Virus record (IMG/VR): IMGVR_UViG_3300012943_000001
Location: 103,743-167,742 of that record
DNA length: 64,000 bases
Reading direction: 5' to 3' (one strand)
From: a virus
Taxonomy: Duplodnaviria > Heunggongvirae > Uroviricota > Caudoviricetes
Part shown: piece after piece, positions 60,693 to 64,000 of the stretch
Position numbering within the stretch: the first letter of the stretch is position 1
How the letters are laid out: each line of letters opens with the position of its first letter
The notes under the pieces: model-generated
The model's database searches: none
Told to the model about the DNA's origin: nothing
What the model saw: the letters and a program-made list of their open reading frames with translations, nothing else
Program-made: the position numbers and the translations under genes

Positions 60693-60768
60693 GCTGACAT
60701 AGCACAACTGGCGGTGCGTTTCTTTCGTAAAGAAAAGGTTGAGGGTTCAAATCCCTCTGTTAGCTCCA
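60693..60768 (+). tRNA. tRNA-Thr(CGT)
   Basis: Stem TTTCT/AGAAA, loop TTCGTAA; TTCAAAT; ...TGTTAGCTCCA. Confidence 0.65.
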
Positions 60769-60774
60769 TTTTAT

Positions 60775-60851
60775 GCAGGTTCTAGGGATGCTGGCTTCCC
60801 GTTTAGGCTCATAACCTTTATGTCGTGGTTCAATTCCATATCCTGCTTCCA
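60775..60851 (+). tRNA. tRNA-Met/Ile2(CAT)
   Basis: Loop CTCATAA; TTCAATT; ...TCCTGCTTCCA. Confidence 0.55.
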
Positions 60852-60854
60852 TTT

Positions 60855-61001
60855 ATGATAGAGTTATCTAGGACAGAAATCATTCGTTTCATTTGCGATA
60901 GAAGAGCTGTACATGAAGGAAGAATGACAAAAGAAGTCTTTTACGCAAAGTACAAAGAGTACGTTGACGAAAGGCCGCACCTTAAGAAACGATATAAATA
61001 A
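60855..61001 (+). CDS. small ORF (~48 aa) between tRNA genes
   Basis: MIELSRTEIIRFICDRRAVHEGRMTKEVFYAKYKEYVDERPHLKKRYK; manual. Confidence 0.25.
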   Translation: MIELSRTEIIRFICDRRAVHEGRMTKEVFYAKYKEYVDERPHLKKRYK

Positions 61002-61004
61002 TTT

Positions 61005-61080
61005 GCCGCTGAAGTTCATATGGGTGAACGCCTCACTTGTAATGAGGATGTAGTCAGTTCAAATCTGACCTGTGGCTCCA
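61005..61080 (+). tRNA. tRNA-Thr(TGT)
   Basis: GCCGCTG...stem CCTCA/TGAGG, loop CTTGTAA...TTCAAAT...CTGTGGCTCCA. Confidence 0.65.
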
Positions 61081-61083
61081 TTT

Positions 61084-61170
61084 GCCGAATTGGCTCAGTG
61101 GCAACAGCACCGCTTTTGTAAAGCGGCGAGGGAAACCTCTACGTCGGTTCGAGTCCGACATTCGGCTCCA
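61084..61170 (+). tRNA. type II Leu-like tRNA, anticodon loop TTTGTAA (assignment uncertain)
   Basis: GCCGAATTGGCTCAGTGG (Leu-like 5' end); variable hairpin GAGG-GAAA-CCTC; TTCGAGT; ...ATTCGGCTCCA. Confidence 0.5.
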
Positions 61171-61539
61171 CTATCTCACTCTCTTTGAGTCTGAGTTCAA
61201 ATTGCGAAAGTTAGGAGTAAGAGAATGACAGTTTGGACACAGTAGTTCTAAATTCTCTTCCCAACTATTTTCTGCGTTACCGTCGATATGATTAACTTCT
61301 AAAGGTACAAGTTGAGTAACGGGATGTTTGGCTGACCAGCCGCACTTGCAGCATTTAGAATTGTATTTCTGAAATAGATACTTACGAACGAATGGTTTTA
61401 TTTTCTTGGTTATTCCTGTCCAACCGATAAGCTCACGAGCTTGCCAAGTCCTGACGCTATTTTCGTAAGTCGTTTTTCCCTGACATTTTAGGGAGCAATA
61501 TTTCTTTTTAGCAGGAGCGTTACAACAGATACAAACCAT
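61171..61539 (-). CDS. HNH endonuclease
   Basis: CPNCH, NHIDGN, multiple Cys pairs; the only clear minus-strand gene, flanking the tRNA array. Confidence 0.65.
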   Translation of the reverse strand: MVCICCNAPAKKKYCSLKCQGKTTYENSVRTWQARELIGWTGITKKIKPFVRKYLFQKYNSKCCKCGWSAKHPVTQLVPLEVNHIDGNAENSWEENLELLCPNCHSLTPNFRNLNSDSKRVR

Positions 61540-61768
61540 GCTGATTATAACTTTAACCTCGCAACTTTCAACAATTTCTGTGATGTGGTTAGCTTAGAAG
61601 CAGCGAGCCTTAATGAGTGTCGATGTTCCCCGCAGGTGTAAAGATTGCGGACCAAAACATCTTAAACAATTGACCCGTGTGTGATAACAATTCGATAGGG
61701 GATGTTTATCGGTGGTCTGTCGAATGGTCACCAGACTTTGGCGTAACAGCACGCGTCCAGAATTCCTC

Positions 61769-61800
61769 TTGACTCTTTTGACAAGGATTACTAGGATAAA
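61769..61800 (+). promoter_or_regulatory. sigma70-like promoter with tandem TTGACT/TTGACA
   Basis: tcTTGACTcttttgacaaggattacTAGGATaaa. Confidence 0.45.
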
Positions 61801-61803
61801 GAG

Positions 61804-62442
61804 GTGAAGTACCTCTTAGTTCTACTGGCTCTTTTGGTCGCGGTTCCTGCGGCTCTTATCCTCACCGATGACCGTAAAGAAGTTAAGGTAGGTTACGAGT
61901 CAGCCCGCGAAGAAATGATTCGCAAGCTCCGTAAGCACGAACAACATATTAGAGAATTGGATGGAGATTACGAGTTCCAAAAGTACCGCGTAAACTACAT
62001 TAGGCGTTCAAAGCAACTTTGTGACTACATAAGGACTCAAGACGTAAAGTTCTACGAAGGCAATGAAGACCATGCCGTAGCTTATGTTAAAGGATTTGCG
62101 AGCTGGTTGCCCCGCAGTGGCATCTACATCAATCCAGCGTTTCTCAGCCAACTCCAAAGTGGAGATGTGATGACGCAACAAGTAATTTTGAATGAGTTAA
62201 GTCATATGGCGTTTTGGGCTGAAGACGCTCCCGTAGGTAATTGGGAGGATTTGCCCCGAGCTAAACTAGCCGACTATTCGGACTGGTACGACGCTTTGAT
62301 TATGTTTGGAGATAGGCAAGAGTATCTAGATAAAATCATTTTAGGGAAAAGTCTTGACTTTACTAACAGAATCCGTATGATTAAGTCATCATGGCAAGAA
62401 CTCATAAATCCATTCTTTCGGGCTCCAAAGGTCGCTTTGTAG
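61804..62442 (+). CDS. secreted/periplasmic hypothetical protein
   Basis: GTG start; signal/TM LLVLLALLVAVPAALIL; promoter at 61769. Confidence 0.55.
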   Translation: MKYLLVLLALLVAVPAALILTDDRKEVKVGYESAREEMIRKLRKHEQHIRELDGDYEFQKYRVNYIRRSKQLCDYIRTQDVKFYEGNEDHAVAYVKGFASWLPRSGIYINPAFLSQLQSGDVMTQQVILNELSHMAFWAEDAPVGNWEDLPRAKLADYSDWYDALIMFGDRQEYLDKIILGKSLDFTNRIRMIKSSWQELINPFFRAPKVAL

Positions 62443-62621
62443 CCATCAACGTACATAACACCAGAATCGACGACACTACGTTCGTCGGCAAGGTACTCAG
62501 GGTCTCCCCTCAGTATGTTACGATTCAATCTTTCGCCAACGCAGGCTTTAAGGGCGGCTTTGAAACCGTTCGCAGAGTCCGCAAGTTTCACAGAGACTCT
62601 ATCGTCTCCGTAACGGGCTAA
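62391..62621 (+). CDS. hypothetical small protein
   Basis: 76 aa, overlaps the upstream gene by ~50 nt. Confidence 0.3.
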   Translation: MARTHKSILSGSKGRFVAINVHNTRIDDTTFVGKVLRVSPQYVTIQSFANAGFKGGFETVRRVRKFHRDSIVSVTG

Positions 62622-62712
62622 CCAATTTGTCAGTAGCTAGGGCCAGACATTCATCGTTATTATCAAAACAACCAAAAACTGTCTACCCATTTTTCTCTGA
62701 CGAAAATTTTTC

Positions 62713-62913
62713 ATGGAAGTAAAAGAACTAGAAGGCAAGGTCGATAAGCTCAGAGCTGACATCATGCATCTCATAAGAGAATTCAAGCGTGAAACGAACT
62801 ACTCTGTAAGCGAAATCGAAGATATGACCGTTCAAACAATAAGCGGCCCGCCTGAAGTTGTTCACCTCCATATAACGGTCTCTTATGATGGACAATCAAC
62901 CTTCAGAAAGTAA
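62713..62913 (+). CDS. hypothetical small protein
   Basis: 66 aa. Confidence 0.35.
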   Translation: MEVKELEGKVDKLRADIMHLIREFKRETNYSVSEIEDMTVQTISGPPEVVHLHITVSYDGQSTFRK

Positions 62914-63100
62914 ACCAAACCTCACAAGATTAGAGGAGTGGTGTAAGCAGGAACAAGAGAAGGGTCTAATCCACGCTCACGTTTCGCATCTCACCAATGA
63001 AGACGTAGAGAGCTGGAATAAGCTGACTGAAGAAGAGCGGGCGAAGCAAGTCATGGACCTTATCGAGGCTCCCACCGTCCCTGACCCAGATTTCTTTTAA
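62885..63100 (+). CDS. hypothetical small protein
   Basis: 71 aa acidic; followed by a double-hairpin terminator. Confidence 0.35.
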   Translation: MMDNQPSESKPNLTRLEEWCKQEQEKGLIHAHVSHLTNEDVESWNKLTEEERAKQVMDLIEAPTVPDPDFF

Positions 63101-63120
63101 CTTTGGTTCGCAAGAATCGA

Positions 63121-63190
63121 ATGGTGGAGGGTGCCAAATCTGGCACCCCTAGCCCCTCCCTAAAAAAGAGGGGTTTAATTTTTTAAGAAA
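63121..63190 (+). terminator. tandem hairpins + T-tract terminator
   Basis: GGTGCCAaatcTGGCACC, CCCCTCcctaaaaaaGAGGGG then TTTAATTTTTT. Confidence 0.55.
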
Positions 63191-63207
63191 GTTCGTATAA
63201 CAAGAAT

Positions 63208-63444
63208 ATGAGCGAGAGCGAACAGATGCGGGCCGAACTTCAAGAGACCTTGAATAAACTTCGTAGCAGATGCGAAGAGAAAAGGGGAATCTGGATAGAG
63301 ACGGACTACGAAGACCTTTGTGTTTACATGGACTCTGCTTTATTCTATTTAGAATTGAATGAGTTCGCGAACTGCGTCAAAGAGATTCAGTACGCTATTG
63401 ACCTCGTAAAGAAATGCGAAGAGGACGTGGGTCCACAAATTTAA
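63208..63444 (+). CDS. hypothetical small protein
   Basis: 78 aa. Confidence 0.4.
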   Translation: MSESEQMRAELQETLNKLRSRCEEKRGIWIETDYEDLCVYMDSALFYLELNEFANCVKEIQYAIDLVKKCEEDVGPQI

Positions 63445-63445
63445 T

Positions 63446-63775
63446 ATGGATAAAGTAAAACAAGAAGTTGCAAGTTACATAGAGAATATTCTCAGAGTAT
63501 GCTATCACGATTGCTCCGATTCGGCTGAGGAGGCCGAGAAGTACGAAGCCCGTTTCAACGCCCGCAACGACGATACGATGACTATAGCAGCTTATATTGA
63601 AGAATTCGCTTTAGACATATACGCAGAGAAGTTCCAAGCTATCTACGACGCGGATTTGAAAGATTGTTCTTACTACGATACGAAGAAAGAGTTGGAAAAT
63701 CCTGTGTTTAGTTTACCAGTACCTCTTGAGAAGATTTGGGACAAACTCAAATTAGACGAGAGACATAAGAAATAA
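63446..63775 (+). CDS. hypothetical protein
   Basis: 109 aa. Confidence 0.45.
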   Translation: MDKVKQEVASYIENILRVCYHDCSDSAEEAEKYEARFNARNDDTMTIAAYIEEFALDIYAEKFQAIYDADLKDCSYYDTKKELENPVFSLPVPLEKIWDKLKLDERHKK

Positions 63776-63779
63776 TTTT

Positions 63780-63857
63780 AGGGTGTTAGCTCAGTTGGTT
63801 TAGAGCGTTTGCCTGTCACGCAAAAGGTCGCGGGTTCGAGTCCCGTACATCCTGCCA
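63780..63857 (+). tRNA. tRNA-Asp(GTC)
   Basis: AGGGTGTTAGCTCAGTTGG...loop CTGTCAC...GGTCGCGGGTTCGAGTCCCGT...ACATCCTGCCA. Confidence 0.75.
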
Positions 63858-63861
63858 GTTT

Positions 63862-64000
63862 ATGAATACATATAGTTATATTTTACTCACATACATCGAC
63901 GGCAAAACCCACAAGTTCGTCTATAACGACGTGAACAAATGTAGAAAGATATTCGGAGAATATAGAAAACGTATTCAAGATGACAAGGAAAAGGGGATTT
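63862..64000 (+). CDS. hypothetical protein, 5' partial (runs off the window)
   Basis: ATG 5 nt after the tRNA; open to the window end. Confidence 0.3.
   Translation, partial: MNTYSYILLTYIDGKTHKFVYNDVNKCRKIFGEYRKRIQDDKEKGI

Noticed and set aside
1-64000. CRISPR arrays, rRNA genes, integrase/attachment sites, transposases
   Set aside because: I scanned for regularly spaced direct repeats, 16S/23S-like conserved blocks, tyrosine/serine recombinase motifs and terminal inverted repeats, and found none. The only mobile-looking elements are the HNH endonuclease genes.

Overview
This 64 kb window reads as a large virulent dsDNA phage genome segment (jumbo/T4-like scale), coded almost entirely on the + strand with densely packed, often 4-bp-overlapping genes.

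Three things stand out.

1. Two islands of NAD+/ADP-ribose metabolism. One encodes a WGR-PARP, a macro domain and a PncA-like amidase. The other encodes a 2H phosphoesterase followed by a complete Preiss-Handler NAD+ salvage set (PncB, NadE, NadD-like NMNAT, Nudix). A SLOG-NADAR fusion protein sits at the window start.

2. An RNA-repair and stress module: two RNA ligases, a polynucleotide kinase (PNK) kinase domain, a metallophosphatase, an HD hydrolase, a Mesh1-like (p)ppGpp hydrolase and a PTH2-type peptidyl-tRNA hydrolase.

3. A roughly 9 kb array of about 50 tRNA or tRNA-like genes (52.6-61.2 kb, with one more at 63.8 kb). Many isoacceptors are duplicated with divergent bodies, several are aberrant or elongated, and three paralogous HNH endonucleases are interspersed.

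Other recognisable genes include a PHP-less DnaE, SpeD/SpeE polyamine synthesis genes, ClpB, dCMP deaminase, and a eukaryote-like kinase with a PP2C phosphatase. There is also a LemA-TPM-SPFH membrane trio, two ATP-grasp paralogs and a type IV pilin-like peptide.

More than 20 copies of a conserved sigma70-like promoter (CTTGACTTT...GAAAC...-10) and about 11 intrinsic terminators punctuate the region, and the promoter type points to a Gram-negative host. I found no CRISPR array and no rRNA.

All RNA, promoter and terminator coordinates were derived by eye and may be off by 1-2 nt. tRNA anticodon calls are manual and need tRNAscan-SE confirmation.
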